The position numbers were made by a program, and so were the translations under genes. This document shows positions 1-8,467 of a DNA stretch of 64,000 nucleotides, one piece after another (position 1 is the stretch's first letter; each line of letters opens with the position of its first letter). Origin of the DNA: Gammaproteobacteria bacterium. Lineage in GTDB: Bacteria > Pseudomonadota > Gammaproteobacteria > Eutrophobiales > Eutrophobiaceae. The stretch spans positions 1,248,001 to 1,312,000 of the forward strand of contig CBDCDS010000003.1 in assembly GCA_965215365.1 (NCBI GenBank), read 5' to 3'. A model generated the notes under the pieces. The model searched no databases and had not been told where the DNA came from. It worked only from the letters and a program-made list of their open reading frames with translations.

Positions 1-2
1 GT

Positions 3-172
3 TTGACATTGCGAACCTCGCTGGTTTTAATAAGTCGCACGACCAATATATTACCTGGCATGTTGCGCTCTGGTCAAACCCGAGCGGATATTTGCTTGAC
101 ACCTTCCCGAATTAAGGCGCAATATGCGACGATGTAAAAAAACTTGCTTGCTATATGAAAATTTCCTATACT
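3..172 (+). promoter_or_regulatory. Tandem sigma70-like promoters upstream of xoxF
   Basis: TTGACA(3-8)-17nt-TTTAAT(26-31); TTGCTT(144-149)-17nt-TATACT(167-172); a further TTGACA at 96-101. Confidence 0.5.
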
Positions 173-412
173 CTGCGATGTCGCACCGATAACCGGTGCG
201 CTCTGGTGAGAAGCGGGGTGATGGCGGCAGGGATTAAAGCAATCGATAATCAAAACAAAAAATCGGAATACTGTATGGTGGACACTATGCAGTGTTGATG
301 TGTGGGCGGCGCTCTGATATTGTACTCTCAGCTATCTTTCACGATCTCGAGATAGCGGGGAGATCAGAAAAATCGAGATCAACTGTAATATAAACAAAAC
401 GAGGAGGAGGTC

Positions 413-2419
413 ATGAGTAAATTTTCCTTCAGTAAGTGGATAATTGTCCCTCTGGCCCTGTTCGTGTCTGTATCAGTTTACGCCAATGACGGCGTGCGCA
501 AGCTGATGGAGAACCCGAACTACTGGGTCTATCCGGGTGGCAATTACTGGAACTGGCGTTATTCTGAACTGGACCAGATTAACAACAAAAACGCCGGTGA
601 CCTGGTGGCTGCGTGGACGTTCTCAACGGGACGTTTGCAGGGCCATGAGGGAGGTCCACTCGTCTTGCCGCCAAGTGAGACGGGTCTGGATTCCGATCAT
701 CTGTTCATTCACGCATCATTCCCGAATGATGTTTTCGCCATTGATCTTGAGACCCTGGAAATTACCTGGGACTTCGTACCCCCTCAGGACGAAGCGGAAA
801 CTGTTCCGAAAATGTGCTGTGATATCGTTAACCGCGGTCTCGGCTACAGCATGGGTCAGATCTACCTGCAGGCCGCCGACACCACCTTGTATGCTCTGAG
901 CCCGAAGGACGGCAGCATTATCTGGCAGACCAAGAACGGCGCCGACATCTCTGACGACATGGTTGGCCCGAGCGCCGACGGCAGAGGCTATGGCCCGCAC
1001 AACGGTATGACCAACACCAATGCCCCGCACCCGATTAAGGACAAAGTCTTTACCGGTTGCTCCGGCGCTGAGTTTGGCGTGCGTTGCTGGATCGCAGCTT
1101 TCAATGCCAAAGACGGCAGTCTGGCTTGGCGCGCCTACAGCATGGGTCCGGATGAAGACATGCTCTTCGACCCGGAAAATACCATGTCCATGGGCGAGCC
1201 GGTCGGTGCTGATTCGTCGCTGAAGACCTGGTGCAAGTTCGACGCTGAGGTTGGCACCGGCAAGAGCTCCTGGGGCGAAATGGCCCTGCGCGCCAACTCT
1301 GCTGACGAGCGTCTCTGCGAGGAGACCTCCGACCAGTGGAAGATTGGCGGCGGTTCTGTCTGGGGCTGGTGGCCGGCCGATTTCGATGAGAATCTGATGT
1401 ACTACGGCAACGGCAACCCCGGTACCTGGAACCCGGTCGTACGTCCTGGTGACAACAAGTGGAGCATGAGTATTTTTGCTCGTGACATCGACACCGGTAT
1501 GGCGCGTTGGGTTTACCAGATGACGCCTCACGACGAGTGGGACTATGATGGTATCAATGAAATGATCCTGGCCGACATGACGGTTAAGGGTCAGGACAAT
1601 GTGCCTTCACTGGTGCACTTCGACCGTAACGGTTTTGCCTACACCATGAACCGTAAAACCGGCGAGCTGCTGGTGGCTGAGAAGTATGATCCGGCTGTCA
1701 ACTGGGCGACCCATGTTGATATGAAGACGGGTTACCCTCAGGTTGTCAACTCGTACAGCACGCACTTCAACGGTCAGGACGTGACCTCCAAGGACATCTG
1801 CCCCGCAGCATTGGGCACCAAGGACCAGCAACCTGCTGCCTACTCTCCGCGTACCGGACTGTTCTACGTACCCACCAACCACGTTTGCATGACCTATGAG
1901 CCGGTCAGCTACGAGGCGGGTGGCGTGACCTACGAGCAGGCTGCCGGTAGCTGGTATGTGAATGCCAACCTGACCATGTATCCTGCTGGCCAGGTCATGG
2001 GCAACGGCACCACCAACATGGGCAACTTCATTGCTTGGGATGCCGGCGAAGGCAAGATCGTATGGTCTATTCCCGAGCGCTGGTCAGTGTGGAGTGGTGT
2101 GTTGACGACTGCCGGCGATGTCGCTTTCTACGGCACGCTTGAAGGCTATGCCAAAGCAGTTGATGCCAACAGCGGCAAATTGCTGTGGCAGTTCAAGACC
2201 CCGTCCGGCATTATCGGTAACTTCCACACCTGGACGCACAAGGGCAAGCAGTACGTTGGTGTTCTCTCTGGCATCGGCGGCTGGGCTGGCGCAGTGGTAG
2301 CCATCCCGGTACTGCGTGAAATGGACGGCGGCGCTGCTCTGGGCGCTGTGGGCGGCTATCGCTCCCTGTGGAATTCAACACGTAACAGTGGCGTGTTGAT
2401 GGTGTTCGCCCTGCCGTAG
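413..2419 (+). CDS. xoxF: PQQ- and lanthanide-dependent methanol dehydrogenase (XoxF type)
   Basis: Signal peptide; vicinal CC in MCCDIVNRG; GNGNPGTWNP; TPHDEWDYDG with the D-x-D lanthanide signature (MxaF has DYAG); RBS GAGGAGG; no mxaI downstream. Confidence 0.9.
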   Translation: MSKFSFSKWIIVPLALFVSVSVYANDGVRKLMENPNYWVYPGGNYWNWRYSELDQINNKNAGDLVAAWTFSTGRLQGHEGGPLVLPPSETGLDSDHLFIHASFPNDVFAIDLETLEITWDFVPPQDEAETVPKMCCDIVNRGLGYSMGQIYLQAADTTLYALSPKDGSIIWQTKNGADISDDMVGPSADGRGYGPHNGMTNTNAPHPIKDKVFTGCSGAEFGVRCWIAAFNAKDGSLAWRAYSMGPDEDMLFDPENTMSMGEPVGADSSLKTWCKFDAEVGTGKSSWGEMALRANSADERLCEETSDQWKIGGGSVWGWWPADFDENLMYYGNGNPGTWNPVVRPGDNKWSMSIFARDIDTGMARWVYQMTPHDEWDYDGINEMILADMTVKGQDNVPSLVHFDRNGFAYTMNRKTGELLVAEKYDPAVNWATHVDMKTGYPQVVNSYSTHFNGQDVTSKDICPAALGTKDQQPAAYSPRTGLFYVPTNHVCMTYEPVSYEAGGVTYEQAAGSWYVNANLTMYPAGQVMGNGTTNMGNFIAWDAGEGKIVWSIPERWSVWSGVLTTAGDVAFYGTLEGYAKAVDANSGKLLWQFKTPSGIIGNFHTWTHKGKQYVGVLSGIGGWAGAVVAIPVLREMDGGAALGAVGGYRSLWNSTRNSGVLMVFALP

Positions 2420-2451
2420 GTCGAACAAACCCACTCACTGAGTTTGTACCG

Positions 2452-2485
2452 AATCCCCGGTATCTTTGATGCCGGGGATTTTTTT
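2452..2485 (+). terminator. Rho-independent terminator after xoxF
   Basis: AATCCCCGG...CCGGGGATT stem followed by a T-run. Confidence 0.8.
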
Positions 2486-2662
2486 ATGGAACCAACAGTT
2501 ACCTTATCAATCAAAAGGTGAGTATGTGTTTTCCAATATGAAATGAGACTGAAGGGCGGGTGTGTACCGTTTATGTCTGTTTGTGTTAGAATGGCGCCTT
2601 TCGGAGCCTCTGGTAAAGGGGTTCGCAACAAGTTTCATATAAAACCAGAGGGAATTCTAAAC

Positions 2663-3133
2663 ATGTCTGTAACAAAAATACTCACGGCCGCTTTGTTTAT
2701 TGTATGTGCCTTGCCGGCGGCCGGTCAGCAAACCCATGTTGTCAATGCGGAAGCGCGTATCTTCAATCCGGATGTGATCTATGTGCAACCGGGCGAATAT
2801 GTCAAATTCGTGAACATGACCTCCCACGACACCGTCTCAATTAACCAGGTGCCGCTGCCTGACGGCAAGGTATTTGAAGGAATGCTGCCTGCAGGCGCCG
2901 AAGGTTGGAAAAGTGGGATGGGCAACAATATTACCTTGCAACTGGACATAGAAGGAGTGTACCCCTATGTGTGCGTGCCTCATATCGGCTTCGGTATGGT
3001 GGGTGTTATCGTAGTGGGTGAGCCCGTGAACATTGATATAGCCATGGAAAATGCGAAAGCCAATCTCACAGGACCTTACCGACGCCTGATTGGCAAGCTG
3101 CTTAAGGTGCAACGAGCTGTCAAAGCAGGTTGA
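2663..3133 (+). CDS. Periplasmic type-1 blue copper protein (pseudoazurin/plastocyanin family)
   Basis: Signal peptide; upstream His (TSHDT) and YVCVPHIGFGM (C-x2-H-x4-M) copper ligands; start moved to ATG 2663 after GAGGG. Confidence 0.85.
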   Translation: MSVTKILTAALFIVCALPAAGQQTHVVNAEARIFNPDVIYVQPGEYVKFVNMTSHDTVSINQVPLPDGKVFEGMLPAGAEGWKSGMGNNITLQLDIEGVYPYVCVPHIGFGMVGVIVVGEPVNIDIAMENAKANLTGPYRRLIGKLLKVQRAVKAG

Positions 3134-3173
3134 TAACCCCAGTAAGATAGATAACCCCAGAAGGTAGATAACA

Positions 3174-4040
3174 ATGAAACGATATTACCTGACGTGCCTG
3201 TTGCTGCTGTCCGCCATGCCCGCCATGGCGGTTAATGTCGAGGAAATGACTACCCTGAAAGTATGCGCAGACCCGTACATGCTGCCCTTTTCCAACCGCC
3301 AGGAACAGGGCTTCGAGAACAGGATAGCCGAGTTGTTCGCCGAGAAGCTGGGCGTGGATTTGCAGTATGAATTCTTCCCTCAGCGTATAGGCTTTATCCG
3401 CAATACCCTCAAGGCCGAATCCGAGTCAGGCCCCGGTTACAAGTGCGACCTGGTGATGAGTGCGCCGGTCAACTTCGAACGAGCGGCGGCTACCCGACCT
3501 TATTACACATCTTCTTATGCACTGGTGCTGGTCAAGGGGCGGGGCATGGATGATGTGACCTCGCCGGAAATGCTGGTGGAACGGGTCAATGATGGTTTGC
3601 GCATCAAGTTCGGCGTCACCGATCGTGGCCAGGACCAGTTCTGGGTGGCGGCCAATGGCATGATGGGAAGCATGATCCCTTATCAGGGGCAGCCCGGCGA
3701 CCCTGAAGAGTATCCCGGCAAGACCATGACTGAAGATCTGATTTCAGGAAAAATCGACGCGGCGATTATCTGGGGGCCTATCGTCGGCTATTTTTCCAGA
3801 ACCATGGCCGGCGGCGAGAATCTCATCATGCTGCCATTGCGCGATGATCCCGTGAATCCCTACCTGAAGTTCAGCTTCACCGTGGCCATGGCGGTCCGGC
3901 ATGGGGAACAGGAATGGCGCGAGCAAGTCAACCAGCTCATTGCCGAAAACCAGACCGAAATAGACGCCATCATGGAGGATTTTGGGGTGCCATTGCTGCC
4001 GTTGGAAGAAATTCAAGTACAGGACGATGATGACGACTGA
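3174..4040 (+). CDS. xoxJ: XoxJ/MxaJ-like periplasmic binding protein
   Basis: LKVCADPYMLPFSN..GFENRIA, GFIRNTL and WGP motifs; context next to xoxF. Confidence 0.85.
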   Translation: MKRYYLTCLLLLSAMPAMAVNVEEMTTLKVCADPYMLPFSNRQEQGFENRIAELFAEKLGVDLQYEFFPQRIGFIRNTLKAESESGPGYKCDLVMSAPVNFERAAATRPYYTSSYALVLVKGRGMDDVTSPEMLVERVNDGLRIKFGVTDRGQDQFWVAANGMMGSMIPYQGQPGDPEEYPGKTMTEDLISGKIDAAIIWGPIVGYFSRTMAGGENLIMLPLRDDPVNPYLKFSFTVAMAVRHGEQEWREQVNQLIAENQTEIDAIMEDFGVPLLPLEEIQVQDDDDD

Positions 4041-4800
4041 AACAGGCCTTCAGCTGCGGGTCATTGCTGGCATCCTGTGGTTACTTCTGGCGTCGTTCGC
4101 GCTGGCCGAAGATGAGGCTGAAGAGATAGCAGTCAAGGGCGCGACGCTGGGCCGGATGGGCGACTCAGCGGTGGTTGACCCGGCTACCTACGAGTTTGCC
4201 GCGGCAGAAAAAAAACTCTGGCTGGACAACCACCTGCAAAATATCAGCAGCCCGGGCCGGCTGTATTACGATTTTGTCAAGCGGGGGACGTTTGAGCAGG
4301 GTTTCAGCGACTCCGTTTACCTGGACATCCTGGCGATTAACGAGGATGGCAGCAAAAATGCGGATCTGGAATTCTTCACTGCAGAGCGCCAGCAGAGTGT
4401 GCGTCGCGACAATCTGGTCAATGTCACCGGCAACCCGGTGCTGACCATCTACATGCAGGGTGATGTCTATGAGATGAACCGCCTGACCGAGGGCAGCTGG
4501 CGTTATTTTCAGCGGCGCATCAAGTCGGCCTTTGCTGACGGCGCCACCATAGAGCCGGTGACCTTTGAGTATGACGGTGGGCAGGTGAGCGGGGAGAAAA
4601 TATCCATTACCCCGTACCTCAACGACCCCAGGCGCCGCCAGTTTGCCGCATTCGCCCCCAAGCTGTATGAGTTCATCCTGTCGGACCAGGTGCCAGGGAA
4701 GTTATACCGGATCAAGACCGTCATCCCGGGCGCCTCGCCGGACCAGGAACCGTTGATAGAAGAGATCCTCACCCTGCAAAGCGCAGAGTTCACGAACTGA
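4027..4800 (+). CDS. Exported hypothetical protein in the xox operon
   Basis: Signal-peptide-like N-terminus; overlaps the xoxJ 3' end; coding-like composition. Confidence 0.7.
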   Translation: MMTTETGLQLRVIAGILWLLLASFALAEDEAEEIAVKGATLGRMGDSAVVDPATYEFAAAEKKLWLDNHLQNISSPGRLYYDFVKRGTFEQGFSDSVYLDILAINEDGSKNADLEFFTAERQQSVRRDNLVNVTGNPVLTIYMQGDVYEMNRLTEGSWRYFQRRIKSAFADGATIEPVTFEYDGGQVSGEKISITPYLNDPRRRQFAAFAPKLYEFILSDQVPGKLYRIKTVIPGASPDQEPLIEEILTLQSAEFTN

Positions 4801-4817
4801 ACTGCTGGTAATCTCCA

Positions 4818-4841
4818 GCCCGCATATCTCACCAAGTCGCT
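4818..4841. repeat. Terminal fragment of MITE family A
   Basis: GCCCGCATATCTCACCAAGTCGCT matches an end of the elements at 20080 and 38214. Confidence 0.75.
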
Positions 4842-4845
4842 GCCA

Positions 4846-5676
4846 TCATCTCGCCACGTTCAGCAGCACCATCACTTCACCCTTGCCGCCGTTTGCCAAG
4901 TCGCCGCGGTACAGGCGCACCTCCGGGCCGAAGTTGCGGAACAAGCGGTAACGGCTGCCCATACGGGATAGCTGTTTGAAGAACAGGCGCAGGTATTCCA
5001 TCTTCAGCGCGCCGCAGCTTGCCAGGGTGGCGCCAAGCTGCTGCGGCCGTTGGCCCAGGATAATGGCGCCGCGTTTCATCCCGTAACCCGGCAGCTTGCC
5101 GGCCTTGCCCAGGATCAGGAGGGTACCGGCCACCATGCCGGCGCCACTGAAATCACCGGCATTGCCGCCGATCATAATCATGCCGCGTCGCATTCTCCCG
5201 CCGACATGCGTGCCGGCGTTGCCCCACACCGTGATCAGACCGTCACGCATCCCGTACCGGCCGGTGTGGGCGCCGGTGCCGATATGATCACCGGCGTCAC
5301 CTTCCACCTCAATTCGGCCCCAGTGCATGTCGAAGCCGAGCCGGTCACCGCAATCGCCGCTGACGTGGATAACGCCGCCCTTCATGCCATGCCCTAAGTA
5401 GCTGCCGCCATGGGCTTTAACATGAATCGCCCCGCGGGTCATTCCCGCTCCGATCCGGGTCACCCGTTCCGTAGTGCGGCGCAGCTCGAGGCGCTCCGGG
5501 TCGTCTCCGCTGATGGAAAACAATTCTCCCACTCGCGTCAGCCTAGAACCGTAAGTCAGCTCAATGTTGCTGACGTCCTCTACACTCAACAATCGATCCG
5601 GAGTCAACGAGGATAAGTCCAGCGACCCGCGCGGCCTATGCTTCAAAGTAAAAATCACGCTGTAATATCCCAACAA
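4846..5676 (-). CDS. fhcC: Formyltransferase/hydrolase complex subunit C
   Basis: GxxMxxGxIxVxG beta-helix repeats of the FwdC family; last gene of fhcBADC. Confidence 0.9.
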   Translation of the reverse strand: MLGYYSVIFTLKHRPRGSLDLSSLTPDRLLSVEDVSNIELTYGSRLTRVGELFSISGDDPERLELRRTTERVTRIGAGMTRGAIHVKAHGGSYLGHGMKGGVIHVSGDCGDRLGFDMHWGRIEVEGDAGDHIGTGAHTGRYGMRDGLITVWGNAGTHVGGRMRRGMIMIGGNAGDFSGAGMVAGTLLILGKAGKLPGYGMKRGAIILGQRPQQLGATLASCGALKMEYLRLFFKQLSRMGSRYRLFRNFGPEVRLYRGDLANGGKGEVMVLLNVAR

Positions 5677-5770
5677 AAAGTAAAAACATCTGCGCTAATC
5701 TGCGTCATCTGCGGACAAGAATGAACAAAAAGTAAAAACATCTGCGCTAATCTGCGTCATCTGCGGACAA
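5672..5770. repeat. Two 47-bp direct repeats (period 52) between fhcD and fhcC
   Basis: AACAAAAAGTAAAAACATCTGCGCTAATCTGCGTCATCTGCGGACAA at 5672-5718 and 5724-5770. Confidence 0.9.
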
Positions 5771-5776
5771 CATGGC

Positions 5777-6673
5777 TCACCCCAATATCTCTCGCAAATG
5801 AAAATGGTGCGGCCCCAGTTTCCCGCCATAGTTCCCGGCGCCGATACGGTAGATGCCTCGCTCCGGCCCGTTCTCGCAAGCCGCCTCAATACCAATGCGC
5901 ATGGCCGTGCGAATGGCGTCCTCGCTCAGACCGTCGATGACGATCTCCAGTACGGAACCGATCTCCTCGCTCAGCATACTGTCCACCTGGCCTTTCAGAG
6001 TAGGGCAGAACACCTCGTTGGTCGAGGCGGGTAAAAACGAATATCTCGACCCCACCTTGGAACCGGAACCGACGATGCCGCCGGGGAAGGTAGTCACCAT
6101 GCCCTTTACCGCCTGCATCGCTTGCACCGCTTTCTCGCAGGCGTTGAGGCATTGGCGCGAGGTTTTGGCCATGACCAGAAAGTTACCGCCGCCGATGCCC
6201 GGCACTACGCCGGCGCTCTCCTCACACAGGAATTCGCCGTGCATCACCGGGATGCGCCAGTAACGGATGCCGTTCAGTACCTTCGATATCTGGTAGCCAT
6301 CACCGAAATAGCGCAGGCTTTTCCCCAGCGGCAACATGGTGTCGCTGTAGGTGCCGGCAAAACAGGCGCTAGTGGCGGTGGTCATCACCGATTGCCCCAC
6401 CCGTCGGATAAGCTGGTCGGCCAGTTGCGATTTGGACATGGCGAACATGATGATGGCCACCCCGGGCCGGCCGTCCGGCGTCTGCTCCGGCGGCAACTCC
6501 CCCTCGATGCCCGCTTCGCAACCACAGGCGATTACCGAAGAAGCAAACCCGGTCAACGCCTGAGCCGCAATGTAAGCATACTTCATGTTTATTGCGGTAA
6601 TGAGCAAGCGCGTGGCCTTCATGGGAAAGGCCTCGGCAAAGGTGTCGTCGATGGTTACGCCGTTAATTTTCAT
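5777..6673 (-). CDS. fhcD: Formylmethanofuran-H4MPT N-formyltransferase
   Basis: MKINGVTIDDTFAEAF, TPDGRPG, GGGNF, SGSKVGS and AGNYGGKLG motifs. Confidence 0.95.
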   Translation of the reverse strand: MKINGVTIDDTFAEAFPMKATRLLITAINMKYAYIAAQALTGFASSVIACGCEAGIEGELPPEQTPDGRPGVAIIMFAMSKSQLADQLIRRVGQSVMTTATSACFAGTYSDTMLPLGKSLRYFGDGYQISKVLNGIRYWRIPVMHGEFLCEESAGVVPGIGGGNFLVMAKTSRQCLNACEKAVQAMQAVKGMVTTFPGGIVGSGSKVGSRYSFLPASTNEVFCPTLKGQVDSMLSEEIGSVLEIVIDGLSEDAIRTAMRIGIEAACENGPERGIYRIGAGNYGGKLGPHHFHLREILG

Positions 6674-6688
6674 GATAACTATTTTGTG

Positions 6689-6718
6689 TGTCCGCAGCTG
6701 GCGCAGATTAACGCAGAT
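6689..6718. repeat. Inverted copy of the ATCTGCG-TAATCTGCG repeat core
   Basis: Reverse complement matches the 5688/5740 core at 27 of 30 nt. Confidence 0.75.
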
Positions 6719-6729
6719 TATGCGTATAA

Positions 6730-8379
6730 CTATCCGCAATCATGTAACAGCAGTGCATGTCGGTTATACCCTTCCAACTCTTCCCGGCTGATTTTGAAAT
6801 TCTCCAGATTCATGCTCATGTACCTGTCAAAGTAACGTTTCAGTGATCGCTCTATGCCCGGGTCACAAGCCGGTTCCACCACATGGGTGGAGGTGATGGG
6901 CATGGCGCAGATCCGGCCGTTTTGCACGCACAGTTCGCCGCGCTTGAAGACGTATTGCGGGTGGGCGAACATGGTCTCGACATCGTCATCGGGCTGATAT
7001 ACGGTGATATCCGCAGTGGCGCCATGCCCCAGGTGACCCAGGTCTTTCAAGCCCAGACTGCGCGCCGGCGCGGCGCGGGTGATGATGGCAATCTCATACA
7101 GGGAATATTCCCGCTCAATGGAGCCCAGGATGCTGGCGTCGGCCGCGGCCGGGTTGATGGTGCTCAGCATATCATTGCGGAAACTCCGGTCCATGAGCAG
7201 CTTGATCAGGTGCGGGTAGGAGGTGAACGGTGCCCCGTTGGGATGGTCGGTGGTCATAAACACGCGCCAGGGGTCATCCGTCAGCAGAAAGATCTCCAGA
7301 CCGATGCACCATTGCAAGGCATTGACAAAATTCTTGTCGCGGTAGCGAAACGGCACCACGCCGCAACCGGCCTCGCATTCGATGTCCATACAGGTCCATT
7401 TGTGCGGGTGGGCATGGATGTGACCCTTATACTGCATCATGGTATCCGCCGATGCGGTGACCGTTTGGCCGAACATGATCTGGCCGACATCGATGGACAG
7501 GTTCTTGTGCCGGTTCACTGCCTCGGCGATGGCTGCGGCCGCAGAGGAGAATTTGCGGTCGCCCTCTTGCCCGTAACTGTGAAATTGCACATGCGTGACG
7601 TGCATGGGCCGCCCCTCGGCCGCGGCCATGGTATCAAGCGTAGTCTGGAAATTACCCGGCACGCCCAGGTTGCAGGCGTGCACATGCAGGGGATGCGGCA
7701 CCCCGAGCGTATCCAGCGCTTCGAGCAGGGCCGACAGGATGGCGCGTGGCGTCAGGCCATAATACCTGTTGTGTTCATCCAGGTCCAGCTTGCGCTGGTT
7801 GAACTTGAAGGCGCTGATGCCGCCGGGGTTCACCACCTTCACGCCCAGGGCCCGAGTCGCCCGGATCATCCAGGCTACGTAATCGTTGACCAGTTGCTGG
7901 TCCTTTTTCTGTTGCAGCAGGCGCAACAGAAAATCATCATTGCCCAGCAAGACGTAGGCGCCGGTATCCAGCATGGGTGTATCTGCCATCTCCAGGTGCG
8001 ACTGGCGCGCGTTCACCGGCATCATGGCCGGTTCAAAACAGGCGGTATAACCCATTTCCGCATAGCGATAGCCGGTAATGAAGCTGCTCGGAGCAATGGC
8101 GCCCGAACCGGAACGGAGCAGGGCGTCCGGCCCCGTCACGTGTGCGTTATGGTCTTCGGCCATTAACAACCTGGCGATGCTGATCTTGCCGCCACCGATA
8201 TGGGTATGGATATCAATCCCGCCCGGCATGACAATACACCCGCTCAGGTCAATGACCTGCCGTACCTTATCGGTCGCACTCGCAGCAACCAGCCTGCCGT
8301 CCTTGATGTATAAATCCATGATCCTGCCGTCCACCCCGTTGGCCGGATCATAAACCTTGCCACCGGCAAGTTTAATCAT
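6730..8379 (-). CDS. fhcA: Formyltransferase/hydrolase complex subunit A (amidohydrolase)
   Basis: PGGIDIHTHIGGG, KVVNPGG, HVHACNLG and TTDHPNG motifs. Confidence 0.95.
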   Translation of the reverse strand: MIKLAGGKVYDPANGVDGRIMDLYIKDGRLVAASATDKVRQVIDLSGCIVMPGGIDIHTHIGGGKISIARLLMAEDHNAHVTGPDALLRSGSGAIAPSSFITGYRYAEMGYTACFEPAMMPVNARQSHLEMADTPMLDTGAYVLLGNDDFLLRLLQQKKDQQLVNDYVAWMIRATRALGVKVVNPGGISAFKFNQRKLDLDEHNRYYGLTPRAILSALLEALDTLGVPHPLHVHACNLGVPGNFQTTLDTMAAAEGRPMHVTHVQFHSYGQEGDRKFSSAAAAIAEAVNRHKNLSIDVGQIMFGQTVTASADTMMQYKGHIHAHPHKWTCMDIECEAGCGVVPFRYRDKNFVNALQWCIGLEIFLLTDDPWRVFMTTDHPNGAPFTSYPHLIKLLMDRSFRNDMLSTINPAAADASILGSIEREYSLYEIAIITRAAPARSLGLKDLGHLGHGATADITVYQPDDDVETMFAHPQYVFKRGELCVQNGRICAMPITSTHVVEPACDPGIERSLKRYFDRYMSMNLENFKISREELEGYNRHALLLHDCG

Positions 8380-8401
8380 GCGTGGAGACTCCATTGTTGC
8401 T

Positions 8402-8435
8402 GTTCGTCATTCCGGCGCAAGCCGGAATGACGAAC
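8402..8435. repeat. REP-like palindrome, family C
   Basis: GTTCGTCATTCCGGC-GCAA-GCCGGAATGACGAAC hairpin; related copy at 44142. Confidence 0.8.
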
Positions 8436-8467
8436 GAGGGGAGCACCGAATAACAGTTCGTTCTTCC

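Noticed and set aside
413-2419. Calcium-dependent MxaF, or an intein in the insert
   Set aside because: The DYDG motif and absence of mxaI indicate XoxF; the insert is 33 aa with no His-Asn end
3132-3172. Short GATAACCCCAG tandem repeats before xoxJ as an operator
   Set aside because: Two and a half short copies; slippage is a sufficient explanation
5672-5770. Possible CRISPR array
   Set aside because: Only two 47-bp copies with a 5-nt gap, no unique spacers and no cas genes
6883-8166. Long antisense ORFs (also 12227-13243, 22512-23453, 54710-56131, 61098-62630)
   Set aside because: Shadow frames opposite well-supported genes in GC-rich DNA
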